The notes under the pieces were generated by a model. That model did not search any database. It saw only the letters and a list, made by a program, of their open reading frames with translations, and was not told the DNA's origin. Below are positions 26,524 through 40,401 of a stretch of DNA of 64,000 nucleotides, one piece after another. Position numbers and translations under genes: made by a program. Origin of the DNA: Deltaproteobacteria bacterium (lineage in GTDB: Bacteria; Desulfobacterota; Binatia; UBA12015). Each line of letters begins with the position of its first letter. Position 1 is the first letter of the stretch. The stretch covers positions 12,258 through 76,257 of the forward strand of contig JAYGCM010000075.1 in assembly GCA_046583355.1 (NCBI GenBank). Reading direction: 5' to 3'.

Positions 26524-28730
26524 CGCCTGGAGGTCCCGCCGCAGGCAGGCACCTCGTTCTTGTTGGCGGTGGGCATGCGCATGTCGCGGTCCTCCGTTCT
26601 CTGGCTATGGTCAAGGCGCGCGCTGGGCGCGTGACGCTGATTTCCCCCGGTCGACTCTCGCTTTATTCGGGCATGATTCCGGCGACCTTGGCGGGCGTCG
26701 ATTCGCTCGAAGAAGGCGCGATTGATGTCGCCGCGCTGGCCGCGCGTGCGCAATGCACTTTCCTCGCCGACCGGGTGACGGAATTGCACGCCGAGACCCG
26801 CCAGATCGTGTTGGCGAGTGGCCGGACACTCTCTTTCGATATTCTCTCCCTCGATGTCGGATCGCGCTCTCTTGGTGCCGACGCGGTTGCGGGAGCCGCC
26901 GGGATCATTCCGGTGCGACCCGTCGAGCAGGCCGCGCGCTCGCTCCAGAAGGCGTTTGCGAAAATGCGCGCAGGTGAGCTTGCACCCCAGATCGGTGTGG
27001 TCGGCGGTGGCGCGGCGGGAATCGAATTGGCCTTCGGGATCCGGGCGGCGCTTGAGAGCGTCGCGGGCGTCGAGGTGGTTCTTCTTGAGCGCGGCGACAC
27101 GCTCCTCTCCGGCCAGAAGCTTGCCGTGCGTCAGCGGATCCAGGGCTTGCTGGAGAAAAAGGGGATCCGTGTGCGCCGCGGCCTGGGCGATATCGAGCCG
27201 GCTCCCGGCGGCCTGCGCAGTGCGACGGGCGAGACCTTTGCCTTGCCGACAATCGTCTGGGCAACCGGCGCGGAACCGCATACCTGGTTGCGCGAGACCG
27301 GCCTGATCCGCAGTGGCGATGGCTTCCTTCTGGTTGGCCCGGACCTGCGCTGCCGCGGCACGGAGGCCATCTTTGCCGTGGGCGATTGCGCCCGGCTGGC
27401 CGACCACCCGGAGATGTCGCGCGCCGGTGTTTTCGCAGTGCGTCAGGGCCCCGTGCTGACCCATAATTTGCGCGTGCTGCTGGAGCAGCGCGGCCGCATG
27501 CGTATATGGCGGCCCCAGAAGGAGTTCTTGCAACTTCTCTCGACCGGCGACGGTCGCGCTTTCGCGCTTTATCGGGGCCGCGCGGCGCATGGCCGGCTCT
27601 GGTGGTATCTCAAGAATTTTATTGACCGGCGTTTCCTGCGCAAGTTCCGCCGTCCTGATCCCGCCGCCCTCCAGGCGCCCGGCGGCGCAATGGCCGATGC
27701 GATGGACGCGTGTGGCGGTTGCGCGGCCAAATTGCCGCCATCGGTGCTCGAAGAGGCCATCTTCGCGCCGCTGCCAGCCGATGCCGAGAGAATGGGCAAC
27801 GCTACGCTCGGCCTGGCCGCGCGCGACGACGCCGCGATCTTCATCGCCGGCTCGGACGGTCGGGTGGTCACCACGCTCGACGCCTTCCCGCCTTTTCTCG
27901 GCGATCTGCGCGAAGTGGCCGCGATCGGTGCGGTCAACGCAGCCAGCGATATCTATGCGATGGGCGGCAAGCCGCGGCAGGCTTTGGTGCTGGCCGGGTT
28001 GTCGCCTGGGCCCGGCGCTGCGGACGACCTCCGCGCGATCCTGCTCGGCGCACGCCAGGCCTTCGATGCCATGGGCGTCGAGATCCTCGGCGGGCATTCG
28101 GTGGCGTTGGCGACACCCCTGATCGGCTTTACCGTCTTCGGCGACTTGGATGGCGCACCGCTGCTCAAGGCAGGCGCGCGGCCGGGCGATCTTCTGGTGC
28201 TGACCAAGCCTCTCGGAACAGGCCTGCTGCTGGCGGCCTCGCGTGCGGGCGAGTGCCCTGCTGCCTGGCATGAGGCCGCGTTGATGAGCATGCGTGCGAC
28301 CAATGCCGGTGCGGCCGGGTTGCTGCGCGAGGCGGGCGCCACGGCTTGTACGGACGTCAGCGGCTTCGGACTCCTGGGGCATACGCTGGAGATGTTGGAG
28401 GCCGCCAAGGTGCATGCCGATATTATCCTTGATGAAATCCCGGCGCTGCCCGGTGCGCTTGCGCTGGCCGCGGCCGGCTGGCGCTCCACGGCGGCACCGG
28501 GTCTGGCAGGGGCGCTCGGCGAGGTGGAGTTTTCGGCCGATACCGCCGCCGAGGATGCTCGGGTGGAGATCCTTCTCGACCCCCAGACCTCCGGCGGCCT
28601 GCTGGCGGCGATTCCCGAGGATCGCCTCGCCTGGCTACGAACGGCCGCGCGCGAGGCGGAGTTGGAGTTGGCCGTGATCGGCTCTGTCCGCGCGGCGGTC
28701 GCGGGCGAGTCACGCATCCGCTTGCGCTGA
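26520..28730 (+). CDS. selD: FAD-oxidoreductase-fused selenide, water dikinase
   Basis: N-terminal VGGGHAH and GGGAAG domain. C-terminal CGGCAAK, DDAA, SDIYAMGG, LTKPLGTG, TDVSGFGLLGH and DPQTSGGLL. Confidence 0.9.
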   Translation: MTPGGPAAGRHLVLVGGGHAHVAVLRSLAMVKARAGRVTLISPGRLSLYSGMIPATLAGVDSLEEGAIDVAALAARAQCTFLADRVTELHAETRQIVLASGRTLSFDILSLDVGSRSLGADAVAGAAGIIPVRPVEQAARSLQKAFAKMRAGELAPQIGVVGGGAAGIELAFGIRAALESVAGVEVVLLERGDTLLSGQKLAVRQRIQGLLEKKGIRVRRGLGDIEPAPGGLRSATGETFALPTIVWATGAEPHTWLRETGLIRSGDGFLLVGPDLRCRGTEAIFAVGDCARLADHPEMSRAGVFAVRQGPVLTHNLRVLLEQRGRMRIWRPQKEFLQLLSTGDGRAFALYRGRAAHGRLWWYLKNFIDRRFLRKFRRPDPAALQAPGGAMADAMDACGGCAAKLPPSVLEEAIFAPLPADAERMGNATLGLAARDDAAIFIAGSDGRVVTTLDAFPPFLGDLREVAAIGAVNAASDIYAMGGKPRQALVLAGLSPGPGAADDLRAILLGARQAFDAMGVEILGGHSVALATPLIGFTVFGDLDGAPLLKAGARPGDLLVLTKPLGTGLLLAASRAGECPAAWHEAALMSMRATNAGAAGLLREAGATACTDVSGFGLLGHTLEMLEAAKVHADIILDEIPALPGALALAAAGWRSTAAPGLAGALGEVEFSADTAAEDARVEILLDPQTSGGLLAAIPEDRLAWLRTAAREAELELAVIGSVRAAVAGESRIRLR

Positions 28731-28832
28731 GTGCCGCGCAACGCCGCGGAAGCCTGCGCTAGAGGCCGGGCTTTTCAGCCGTGCCTCCAGGTCGGCTTTT
28801 GACCAGACCCTGCGTCCGTGGGAAGGAGACGC

Positions 28833-29873
28833 ATGACCGAAGAAGAGCCGCAGAGCATCGCCGATCTCCAGATCCAGACAACCTGTCAGTTGCTGATCGC
28901 TGCGGTGGCGGTAGGTGGTGCGCTTTATTGGCTGCAAAGCGTCATGATTCCCTTTGTCCTGGCGACCTTCCTCGCGCTCGGCCTCGCGCCGATTGCCGAC
29001 TTTCAGATGCGTCGGCTGCGCGTTCCCAAGACTCTCGCGGTCTTTGCGACCCTGATTCTGGCCGCCGGCCTCTGCACCATTGGCTTCGCCATTGTGTCGA
29101 GCGCCGTCACGCAATTGGCCGCTGGCGCCTCCGAGTACCAGAAGGGGCTGACCCAGCTTCTCAATTGGGCGGCGGAGGCATTGCCGCTCGAGCGCCTGGG
29201 CATCACGGAAGAAGAAGTCCGCGCGCCGCTCTCGCGGATTCCCATTGCGACCGTCAGCGGCATGCTGCTTGGCACGACCACGGCGATTCTCGACCTTCTC
29301 TCGCAGGCCATGCTGGTTTCCGTCTTTGCGATATTTCTTCTGATCGCCTTCACGGGGCGCGAGCCGAGCCATGGCCTTTGGGGTCAGGCGCAGCGCCAGG
29401 TGAAGAGCTTTCTCGTCGCCAAGGTCACCGTCTCGGCGGTAACAGGCGTGCTCGTCGGCGTGACGCTCAAGTTGCTCGGCGTGGAGTTGGCGTTGGCGTT
29501 TGGCCTTTTTGCCTTTCTGCTCAATTTCATTCCGACGATTGGCTCGGTGGTCTCGACCTTCCTGCCTCTGCCGATTTTGCTCTTGAACCCGGAGATCGGC
29601 TTGGGCGTGGGGGCGGCGGCCATCTTGATTCCGGGCTCCATCCATTTCGGCATCGGCAATGTGGTCGAGCCGCTGGTGATGGGCGATTCGCTGGAATTAC
29701 ATCCCGTCGCGATCCTGGTCGCCTTGATGATCTGGGGCGTACTCTGGGGCGTGGTCGGCATGCTCCTGGCAACACCGATCACCTCCGTGATGCGAATTCT
29801 CTTCGCGCGAATGCCGCAGACCCGGCCGATCGCCAACCTTCTAGCCGGCCGCCTCGACCAGGCGCCCGGCTAA
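28833..29873 (+). CDS. AI-2E family transporter
   Basis: LLNFIPTIGS, VEPLVMGDSLELHP and GMLLATP motifs. Confidence 0.88.
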   Translation: MTEEEPQSIADLQIQTTCQLLIAAVAVGGALYWLQSVMIPFVLATFLALGLAPIADFQMRRLRVPKTLAVFATLILAAGLCTIGFAIVSSAVTQLAAGASEYQKGLTQLLNWAAEALPLERLGITEEEVRAPLSRIPIATVSGMLLGTTTAILDLLSQAMLVSVFAIFLLIAFTGREPSHGLWGQAQRQVKSFLVAKVTVSAVTGVLVGVTLKLLGVELALAFGLFAFLLNFIPTIGSVVSTFLPLPILLLNPEIGLGVGAAAILIPGSIHFGIGNVVEPLVMGDSLELHPVAILVALMIWGVLWGVVGMLLATPITSVMRILFARMPQTRPIANLLAGRLDQAPG

Positions 29874-29928
29874 AGGCCGTGCCTCTAGCCTCGATTTACT
29901 GAATAGGATCAGGGATCAGGAGTGATCC

Positions 29929-30090
29929 ATGAGAAAGAATCGACGAGAGCGGCGGAAGTTTACGCCTGAGTCCAAGGCGGAAGTGGTTGGGCCATGCGCG
30001 GTCGGGGACCGTAGCATCGGGCGGGTCGCGAAGGACTTGGACCTGACCCAGACGGCGGTCCGGGACTCGGTTCGGCTTGTAGAGATCTGG
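29929..30090 (+). mobile_element. IS3-family transposase OrfA remnant
   Basis: RRKFTPESKAEVV...DRSIGRVAKDLDLTQTAVRDSV HTH_Tnp_1-like segment, then loss of similarity. No OrfB. Confidence 0.7.
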
Positions 30091-30254
30091 CCGGACGTTC
30101 TCTGCTGTGCGGCAACTTCTGCCGCGGGCGGGAGCCTTCCTTGCCCCGGATCGCGCGCCGAGTGTCACCTGGCGTGACGAATATGAAGTACGCCGCCGTC
30201 GGGAGGACAAAAAGCACCAGGGTTAGAAATGCGCGTGCGACTATGGGCCGAACC

Positions 30255-30896
30255 TCAATGTAGCAACCAATTGATCACGGCCTGCTGCGTTGGCCCGAGA
30301 ATACGCGATAGCGCGCCGGAGAAGATCACTAGCAGGAGCAGCGGCATTCCAAAGCGGCGCATCTGCGCGGCGGCCGGGTAGAGGCTTGGCGGCAGCAGAC
30401 TCTCGACCACGCCGAACCCATCAAGTGGTGGAATGGGCAGGAGATTGAAGACCGCGAGAATGACATTGATGAGGATCGAATAGAGGAGGAAGTTCATGGT
30501 GATCTCCAGCACCATGCTCTCACCGCTTGCGAAGAGGGTGTCGCGGAGGAGAAAGAAGATCCCTGAGAAAATCGCCGCGAGCAGCAGGTTCGAGATCGGT
30601 CCGGCGGCCGAGATCAGCAGGTTGGCCGAGCGGGGGTCGCGCGTATGCGCAAGCGAGATCGGCACCGGCCGCGCCCAGCCGAAGACCGGCGCACCGGTGG
30701 CGGCCAACACGAGTGGCACCAGAACACTGCCGACCGGGTCTATATGGCGCATGGGGTTCAGGCTGATCCGCCCCTGATCGTGTGCCGTTGGGTCACCGCA
30801 GCGCCACGCGACCCAGCCATGGGCGGATTCGTGGAAGGAGACCGCAAAGAGCAGGGCCACAACCTGGATCGCGATGAAAAGGGTTTCGCTCGTCAT
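30255..30896 (-). CDS. site-2 protease (peptidase M50)
   Basis: HESAH, AGPISN and [11 protein letters not shown] motifs. Confidence 0.92.
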   Translation of the reverse strand: MTSETLFIAIQVVALLFAVSFHESAHGWVAWRCGDPTAHDQGRISLNPMRHIDPVGSVLVPLVLAATGAPVFGWARPVPISLAHTRDPRSANLLISAAGPISNLLLAAIFSGIFFLLRDTLFASGESMVLEITMNFLLYSILINVILAVFNLLPIPPLDGFGVVESLLPPSLYPAAAQMRRFGMPLLLLVIFSGALSRILGPTQQAVINWLLH

Positions 30897-31022
30897 ATTA
30901 CCTTGAGACCATCAGGCGGGTTCGGAGGGGTCAAGCCCGGTGTGCGCGTGACCCGCGGGCCGCCAAACGATAGGCCAGAACCAGATGAGCGAGTCCAAGG
31001 GGAAAAGCGGCCGGCGGTGGGT

Positions 31023-33329
31023 GTGAGCGACGCGGCCGAGCTCAGGGATATCGTCGGCGTTGACCCGGTTTGTGGCATGAAGGTCAAGTCCGTGGCCGAG
31101 GATCGCCGGGCGCGGCATGAGGGTGTGGATTATTTCTTTTGCAGCACCGGCTGTCAGGGGAAATTCAGAGGCGATCCAGAGCATTATCTTGGCGAGCGCG
31201 AAGAACCCGAGGGTGCTGCGGACGCGGTCTATACCTGCCCGATGCATTCCGAAATCGAGCAACTTGGTCCGGGCGGCTGTCCGGTCTGCGGCATGGCGCT
31301 GGAGCCCAAGGAGATCTCGCTCGACACAGAGGGCGATAACGCCGAGCTCCTGGTGATGCAGCAGCGTCTTGTGTGGAGCGCCTTGCCGGCGCTGGCCGTC
31401 TTCCTGATCGCCATGTCGGAGATGTTGCCGGGGGCACCCCTGCAACACGCCATTGCGTGGCCTGTGCTCGCCTGGACCCAACTCCTGCTCGCGACGCCGG
31501 TGGTACTTTGGGGCGGCAGCCTGTTTTTCGCCCGCGCCCTGGACTCGATCCGCACCGGCAACCTGAATATGTTCACTCTGGTCGGCATCGGCACGGGGGC
31601 TGCCTGGATCTACAGCGTCGCGGCGACACTCGCGCCCTCGCTGCTGCCGGCCGGGATGCAATTAGTGACCGGTGGGGTGCCACTTTATTTCGAAGCCGCC
31701 GCTGTGATCGTCGTATTGGTGCTGCTCGGCCAGGTGATCGAGTTGCGTGCGCGCGCCCAGACGGGAAGCGCCATCCGTGCGTTGCTGGGTCTGGCGGCGA
31801 AGACCGCGAGGCGGCTCGATGGCGCTGGTGGCGAGCAGGATGTTGCGGTCGAAGAGGTCGTGCCGGGCGACCGCTTGCGGGTGCGACCGGGTGAGAAGGT
31901 GCCGGTCGATGGCCGTCTGGTTGAGGGCCAGAGTGTCCTCGATGAGTCGATGGTCAGCGGCGAGCCGATTCCCGTCGCGAAGAAAATCGGCGACCGGGTC
32001 ACGGGTTCGACGATCAATGGTACCGGGAGTTTCGTGATGGAGGCCGAACGTGTCGGTCGCGATACGCTTCTATCGCAGATCGTGCAGATGGTCGGGCAAG
32101 CACAGCGCTCGCGTGCCCCCATTGACCGTCTGGCCGACCGGGTGGCGCGCTATTTCGTTCCTGCCGTCGTGACGATCTCCCTTCTGACTTTCGCTGTTTG
32201 GTTTCTTCTCGGCCCCGAGCCGCGCTTTGCCTATGCCTTGGTCAACGCGATTGCGGTGCTGATCATCGCGTGCCCGTGTGCTCTGGGCCTGGCGACGCCG
32301 ATGTCCATCATGGTCGGCGTCGGGCGCGGTGCCAGTGCGGGCGTCCTGGTGAAGGATGCAGCTGCGTTGGAGGCCCTCGAGACCATCGATACCCTGATCG
32401 TTGATAAAACCGGGACCCTCACCGAGGGCCGCCCGAAGTTGGTGGAGGTTCTGGGTGACGATACGATGCTCGGCCTGGCCGCGAGTCTGGAGCGCGCGAG
32501 CGAACACCCCCTGGCCGAGGCGATTGTTGCAGGTGCCGAGGCGCGCGGACTCGAATTGCGTGAAGTCACGGAGTTTCGCTCGATCACCGGCAAGGGCGTC
32601 GTTGGGGATGTCGGTGGGCATCACGTCGCACTCGGAAATCGAGCCTTGCTCAAGGAACTCGGTGTGCGCGGCCCGCTCGCGCATGCGCAAGCCGATGCGT
32701 GGCGGGCACAGGCGCAGACGGTGATATTTTGCGCGATTGACGGCGCGGCGGCCGGCTTGATTGCGGTTGCGGACCCGGTCAAGGATTCCACCCCGGAAGC
32801 GATTGCGGCCCTGCATGCCCGCGGTATCGAGATCCATATGGCCACGGGCGACGACGCCGCGACCGCCGCTGTGGTGGCCGCATCGCTGGGCATCGACCAG
32901 GCCCGTGGCAATATGCTTCCCGAGGCCAAGGCGGCGTGGGTCGCGGAGTTGCAGGCCCAGGGGCATAAGGTGGCCATGGCGGGCGACGGCGTGAATGACG
33001 CGCCGGCGTTGGCGCAAGCCGATGTGGGGATCGCCATGGGCACGGGTACGGATGTCGCCATGGAAAGCGCCGGACTTACGCTTTTACGAGGCGACCTGCG
33101 CGGTATTGCGACAGCACGACGACTCTCCGAGGCCACCATGCGCAATATTCGCCAGAATCTGTTCTTTGCGTTTCTCTATAATTCACTTGGGGTGCCGGTG
33201 GCCGCTGGCGTGCTCTTTCCTTTCTTCGGACTTCTGCTGAGTCCCATGGTCGCCTCGGCCGCCATGTCCTTGAGCTCGGTTTCTGTCATCGGCAACGCGT
33301 TGCGGCTGCGTCGCCTTGAGTTGGACTGA
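31023..33329 (+). CDS. copA: copper-translocating P1B-type ATPase with YHS and heavy-metal-binding domains
   Basis: DPVCGM...FCS (YHS), YTCPMH...CPVCGM, CPC, DKTGT, SEHP, GDGVND, YN and MSLSS. The start is uncertain. Confidence 0.92.
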   Translation: MSDAAELRDIVGVDPVCGMKVKSVAEDRRARHEGVDYFFCSTGCQGKFRGDPEHYLGEREEPEGAADAVYTCPMHSEIEQLGPGGCPVCGMALEPKEISLDTEGDNAELLVMQQRLVWSALPALAVFLIAMSEMLPGAPLQHAIAWPVLAWTQLLLATPVVLWGGSLFFARALDSIRTGNLNMFTLVGIGTGAAWIYSVAATLAPSLLPAGMQLVTGGVPLYFEAAAVIVVLVLLGQVIELRARAQTGSAIRALLGLAAKTARRLDGAGGEQDVAVEEVVPGDRLRVRPGEKVPVDGRLVEGQSVLDESMVSGEPIPVAKKIGDRVTGSTINGTGSFVMEAERVGRDTLLSQIVQMVGQAQRSRAPIDRLADRVARYFVPAVVTISLLTFAVWFLLGPEPRFAYALVNAIAVLIIACPCALGLATPMSIMVGVGRGASAGVLVKDAAALEALETIDTLIVDKTGTLTEGRPKLVEVLGDDTMLGLAASLERASEHPLAEAIVAGAEARGLELREVTEFRSITGKGVVGDVGGHHVALGNRALLKELGVRGPLAHAQADAWRAQAQTVIFCAIDGAAAGLIAVADPVKDSTPEAIAALHARGIEIHMATGDDAATAAVVAASLGIDQARGNMLPEAKAAWVAELQAQGHKVAMAGDGVNDAPALAQADVGIAMGTGTDVAMESAGLTLLRGDLRGIATARRLSEATMRNIRQNLFFAFLYNSLGVPVAAGVLFPFFGLLLSPMVASAAMSLSSVSVIGNALRLRRLELD

Positions 33330-33342
33330 AAGGGGCAACGCG

Positions 33343-35969
<2,627 letters not shown>

Positions 35970-35978
35970 CGGCGATCG

Positions 35979-36905
35979 CTATGCGGTAGCCGCGCCGGCG
36001 AGGACGGGGCGATAGCCGTGCTTCTCGATCCAGGCGTCGTCGAGAGCGCCGCGTTCGGTGAGCATTCGGTGCAGGCGGGGCAGGTTATAATGCGGCACGG
36101 TCATCAGCAGGTGATGCTCGAGATGGAAATTCACGCCGTTGGGCGCGATGAAGATCCGCTCCAGCAGGCTGACCTCCGTGGTGCGCGTGTTGCGCAAGGC
36201 ATCGTCCGGGTCCGGGGCCATGGCGTGTTCGGCGATGGCGCGGATACGTGTCACGAATTGAAAGGTGGTCATCCAGGCCGCCGCCCAGACGAGGTAGACC
36301 CAAGCGTGGCCGCTAGCGGCGCAGAGTCCGAGGATCGCCAGGTTGGAGATCACGACGCCGCGTAAATTGCGCACGCCGCCCAAGGTGCGGGCCTGCCGTC
36401 CCTCGGAGGTGCCGAGGTCGCGCGCCAAGGTCGCCTTCATGCGCTTCCATCCGGTTTGCCCGGTCAGGTCGCGGATCCATTTGCGCCGCATGCTGGCCTT
36501 TGTCACGGGGAAGGGGCGCACGAGTCCGAGATCGGGGTCCTCTTCCGTGTAGGTTTTTGTGTGATGCTGCAGGTGGTAGTTTCGGTAGGGGCCGATATCG
36601 GTCCAGGTCGGGTAGGCGGCCAGCCAATTCCCTACCAGGTCGTTCAGGCGACGATTCGCAAAAAGTGCATGATGCGCAGCGTCATGCATTAAAATGGCAA
36701 GTCCGAGCTGGCGGCCGCCGATCAGGAAGATCGCGCCCACGATGGCCAGCGGCCAGGTGAGCGGCCACGGCCATAGCGCGACCACGGCCAAGGCGCCGAA
36801 GATCATCCCCCAATCGAGCAGGATGGAGGCCCAGGCGCGATGCGCCCGAAGGGTAACAAGCTCGCGGACTTCTTCCCGACTCAGAACCTTGCGCCATGGT
36901 GACAT
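35979..36905 (-). CDS. fatty acid desaturase family protein
   Basis: His boxes HDAAH, HLQHH and HLEHH. Confidence 0.88.
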   Translation of the reverse strand: MSPWRKVLSREEVRELVTLRAHRAWASILLDWGMIFGALAVVALWPWPLTWPLAIVGAIFLIGGRQLGLAILMHDAAHHALFANRRLNDLVGNWLAAYPTWTDIGPYRNYHLQHHTKTYTEEDPDLGLVRPFPVTKASMRRKWIRDLTGQTGWKRMKATLARDLGTSEGRQARTLGGVRNLRGVVISNLAILGLCAASGHAWVYLVWAAAWMTTFQFVTRIRAIAEHAMAPDPDDALRNTRTTEVSLLERIFIAPNGVNFHLEHHLLMTVPHYNLPRLHRMLTERGALDDAWIEKHGYRPVLAGAATA

Positions 36906-37120
36906 GCTATATCGTCTCAAATGGCAGGCGGAGAAGCAATACTATTTGCACTCATGGTGCAGCTTCCATCCTCGCCCTTTTGCCGATCTGGCTGGAGGTC
37001 CGGCCGGAAAGTGGGGCTGGAGACAGCGAATGTCGATCGCGGCTGCTGAACTTGTCGGCGTGGCGGGGGTCATTTAACCTGCCAGAGGGGGCGCGCGTAG
37101 GCCTTCACCCGGAGGATGGA

Positions 37121-38428
37121 ATGATCGGTTTTGCTTTTCTGCTTTTGAGCCTGGTGGGCCTGCTCGCCACGTGGAATGTGTATCGGCCACGGCTGGCGCC
37201 GATGAACGCTGCTGCGCTGAGTTTTGCCTTTGGCTGGCCGCGCGGCGAGCTTGCGCTGCATGTCGTCGCGGTGGAGGTCCTTATGACGCTGGGCTTCGGC
37301 TTAGCAGGCGCCTTCGGCACGGCGACGGGTGTGCTCGGACTGATCTTCTCGCTGGGGTCCTGGGCGGGCCTCTTGCTCCATTACCGCAGCGCGCAGGAGG
37401 TCGAGGGGCTGGCGGAAGATGCGCTGGCGTATGCCCTCGGGCCCGCCTGGCGCTCCGACCTCCCCCCTGAGCTGGCGGCCCGGATCCCGGCCGATATCGA
37501 CCGGGCAAGTCTCGTCCGTCCCTTTCCGCAGCGACACGCCGATGTCGATGTGGAGCGAAATATAATCTATACCCGACAAAGCGGCCGCAACCTGCGCCTC
37601 GATATCTACCGCCCCCGTGGCGAGGTCTCGCTGCCCGGCCGCGGGCGCCCCTTGTTGGTGCAGATCCATGGCGGTGGCTGGATCTTCGGCTCGAAGAACG
37701 AGCAGGGCGTCCCCTTGATGTTGCATATGGCCCGGCAAGGCTGGGTCTGCGCCAGTGTAGATTATCGCCTTAGTCCGCAGGCACGATGGCCGGAACATAT
37801 CGTTGATGTAAAGCGTGCCATTGCCTGGCTGCGCGAGCATGCCGCGGATCTGGGTATCGACTCCGAATTCATTGTGGTGACGGGCGGATCTGCCGGCGGT
37901 CATCTCGCGGCGCTTACCGCGCTGAGTATGAACGACCCGGCCTTTCAGCCAGGCTTCGAAGACGCCGATACTCGGGTCGCCGGCTGCGTGCCCTTCTATG
38001 GCGTCTATGATTTTCCCGGCACCTATACCACCCATCCTAATACCTACCTGGCCGAGTTGCTGGCGAAATGGGTGATGCAGAGTTCTCTGGACGAGGCGCG
38101 GCCGGATTGGCAAGCAGCCTCGCCCTTGCATCGGATCACCGATGCCGCGCCGCCTTTCTTTGTCCTTCATGGGGAAAAGGATTCGCTGATTCCGGTGCGC
38201 GAAGCGCGCACCTTCGTCGCGGTTCTGCGTGAGCGCTCGCGTGCCTCTGTCGCCTACCTGGAACTCCCCGGTGCGCAGCATGCCTTCGAGATCTTCGCCT
38301 CTTTGCGCGCTTTGCTCACGGTGAAGGCTGTCGGGCATTGGCTGGTCCGCCTGCATTCGATTCACCTGCGTGAGGAAGAGGCGCCTGTGGTGGTCAACGA
38401 AGCTACCGCCGGGGGGCGCGCCGGATGA
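37121..38428 (+). CDS. membrane-anchored alpha/beta hydrolase (HSL-type esterase)
   Basis: HGGGW, GGSAG, HGEKD and HAF motifs, with N-terminal TM helices. Confidence 0.87.
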   Translation: MIGFAFLLLSLVGLLATWNVYRPRLAPMNAAALSFAFGWPRGELALHVVAVEVLMTLGFGLAGAFGTATGVLGLIFSLGSWAGLLLHYRSAQEVEGLAEDALAYALGPAWRSDLPPELAARIPADIDRASLVRPFPQRHADVDVERNIIYTRQSGRNLRLDIYRPRGEVSLPGRGRPLLVQIHGGGWIFGSKNEQGVPLMLHMARQGWVCASVDYRLSPQARWPEHIVDVKRAIAWLREHAADLGIDSEFIVVTGGSAGGHLAALTALSMNDPAFQPGFEDADTRVAGCVPFYGVYDFPGTYTTHPNTYLAELLAKWVMQSSLDEARPDWQAASPLHRITDAAPPFFVLHGEKDSLIPVREARTFVAVLRERSRASVAYLELPGAQHAFEIFASLRALLTVKAVGHWLVRLHSIHLREEEAPVVVNEATAGGRAG

Positions 38429-38460
38429 TTTTCACCAGCCGGACCTCGAGGTAGGCCGCC

Positions 38461-39708
38461 GTGTCGGCTTCTGCTGCAAAGAACACGGACGCGCCGCTTC
38501 GCGCGAGCGGTCCGCTGGGCGAGAGTTGGCGCGCCTGGGTTGCGCTGGGCGTGGGGGTGCTCGCGGTCAGCGCCCACTCGCTGCTTCATTACGGCATCTC
38601 GCCGCTGATGAAGACTATCACAGAGGACCTCAGCTGGACACGTGGCGACTATGCCCAGGCGGTGAATTTTCGCCTGATCCTGATGATGTGTTTCATTCCC
38701 TTTGCAGGCGCTTTGGCCGACCGGGTCGGGCCACGTCCGGTGCTCGTCTTCGGTGCCATCGCGGTCGGCATGGGCGTGGTCGGACTCTCGCGCATGGATT
38801 CGCTGCCCTATTTCTTCGGCGCGAACTTTCTGATTGGTCCCGGCCAGGCTTTCATCGGCTCGGTGGCCGGCTCGGCCCTGGTGCTGCGCCTCTTCAAACG
38901 GCGCCACGGACTCGCCATCGGAATCCTCAATGGCGGTGATAATCTCATCACCGGCCTGGTGCATTCGCTGTCGGCCTTTCTCTTGCTGCATTACGGCTGG
39001 CGCGGCGCTTTGAGTACCTTATCGATCGGCTATTTCGTACTTGGCGTACTGATCTGGGTCGTGCTCTCGCGCGGCGAAGGGCGCAGCGAGGCCGTGGCGG
39101 AGGGCGCGGCGGCGGTTCCCGGGATTCCGTGGCGCGATGGGCGCCTCTGGCTGGTGATCCTCACCTATATCGGCATCTATTCTTTCATCACCTCGATTGG
39201 TTTCCATTTTCCTGCCTTCCGTCAGGATATGGGCAGTCGCGCCGATCAAGCCGCCTGGCTCTACAGCTTCAGCACGATTGTCGGCGGTGTGGGCTCGATC
39301 TTCATCGGCTGGATCGCCGAGCGGATCAGTGCGCGGCGGACATTGGTCTATGTTGTTCTTGTCCTTGCCGCGACCTCGGTGATCCTCTGGTTGCCGGTGG
39401 GCGAGGGCGTCTTCTACGGCTGGGCCTTCTTCTATGGCATCGCCAATGCCGGCGGTGTGGCTCTGCTTGCCTTGACCCTGGCCGAGATCTTCGGCCGGGA
39501 TGCCATCGGCCGGATCATGGGCTTTGCGATGGTCTTCTGCATGGGCGCTACGGTGGTGGGGAATTGGTTCACCGCCGCGATCTTCGATGCCTCCGGAGGC
39601 TATGTTGCCGCCTGGCAGGCCTATACGCTGGTGCTTCTCGTGGCGGTGTTGCCCGCATTGGCTCTGATGCGCCACCAGGGTCCGATTGCGTCTCGCGATC
39701 TCACCTGA
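38461..39708 (+). CDS. MFS transporter
   Basis: About 12 TM helices and the GALADRVGPR motif A. Confidence 0.88.
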   Translation: MSASAAKNTDAPLRASGPLGESWRAWVALGVGVLAVSAHSLLHYGISPLMKTITEDLSWTRGDYAQAVNFRLILMMCFIPFAGALADRVGPRPVLVFGAIAVGMGVVGLSRMDSLPYFFGANFLIGPGQAFIGSVAGSALVLRLFKRRHGLAIGILNGGDNLITGLVHSLSAFLLLHYGWRGALSTLSIGYFVLGVLIWVVLSRGEGRSEAVAEGAAAVPGIPWRDGRLWLVILTYIGIYSFITSIGFHFPAFRQDMGSRADQAAWLYSFSTIVGGVGSIFIGWIAERISARRTLVYVVLVLAATSVILWLPVGEGVFYGWAFFYGIANAGGVALLALTLAEIFGRDAIGRIMGFAMVFCMGATVVGNWFTAAIFDASGGYVAAWQAYTLVLLVAVLPALALMRHQGPIASRDLT

Positions 39709-39720
39709 TTCTTTGACTCT

Positions 39721-40401
39721 ATGCCGCCCGAAGGACCTATTGTGGATGAAACCCTTGCCGATGCCTTGACCGACGAAGTTCGTGCCGAACGACGCGACGC
39801 GTTGAGTGGCCCCGATAGCCCCGAAGGTCGTGCCTTGGCGGCAGCGGTGGGCAAGAATGTGGCTACGATGCGCGCCGAACGCGGCCTCGATCTGCCCACC
39901 TTGGCGCGGCGAACGGGGATTCGCGTGGATCTTCTCGAGGCGCTTGAGGGGGGCCGAGCGGTGCCAAGCCTGCGCGCCGTATGGCACCTCGCCACCGGCT
40001 TGGAGGTGCCCTTTGGCCGATTGTTGGCCGATACCATGCTGACAGCGAGTGGTGACCCTGATTTTCGCATCCAGCACGCCGACCGCGGCCGGGTCATCCA
40101 ATCCTCGACCGGGAGTTTTCGCTCCCGCGTGCTTTTCCGCGAGGGCGATCCGCGCGCCCCGGAGGTCTACGAGTTCACCCTGCGCGCCGGCGCGACCGAG
40201 GCAGCCGAGCCGCATGCGGATGATACCTTCGAGCATATTACGGTATTGCGGGGCGAGTTGATTATTCGCTCCGATGGCAAGGAGGCTCGCCTCGGCGCTG
40301 GCGATACGCTCTTCTTCCGTGCGGATTTGCCGCATTCCTATGAAAATAGCAGCGATCAAGACGCCGTGGCTCATCTCGTGATGAGCTACTCGCACGGGTG
40401 A
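39721..40401 (+). CDS. XRE-family HTH + cupin transcriptional regulator
   Basis: LARRTGI...LEGGRAVPSL HTH followed by a cupin domain. Confidence 0.85.
   Translation: MPPEGPIVDETLADALTDEVRAERRDALSGPDSPEGRALAAAVGKNVATMRAERGLDLPTLARRTGIRVDLLEALEGGRAVPSLRAVWHLATGLEVPFGRLLADTMLTASGDPDFRIQHADRGRVIQSSTGSFRSRVLFREGDPRAPEVYEFTLRAGATEAAEPHADDTFEHITVLRGELIIRSDGKEARLGAGDTLFFRADLPHSYENSSDQDAVAHLVMSYSHG

Noticed and set aside
27690..27735. Possible selenocysteine recoding in SelD
   Set aside because: The active-site codons are TGT/TGC (Cys) and there is no in-frame TGA.
24172..28415. 624-aa and 768-aa minus-strand ORFs
   Set aside because: They mirror the helicase and selD genes and have no recognisable domains.
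30645..31022. Long N-terminal extension of CopA
   Set aside because: It overlaps the opposite-strand site-2 protease. The real protein probably starts just before the YHS domain.
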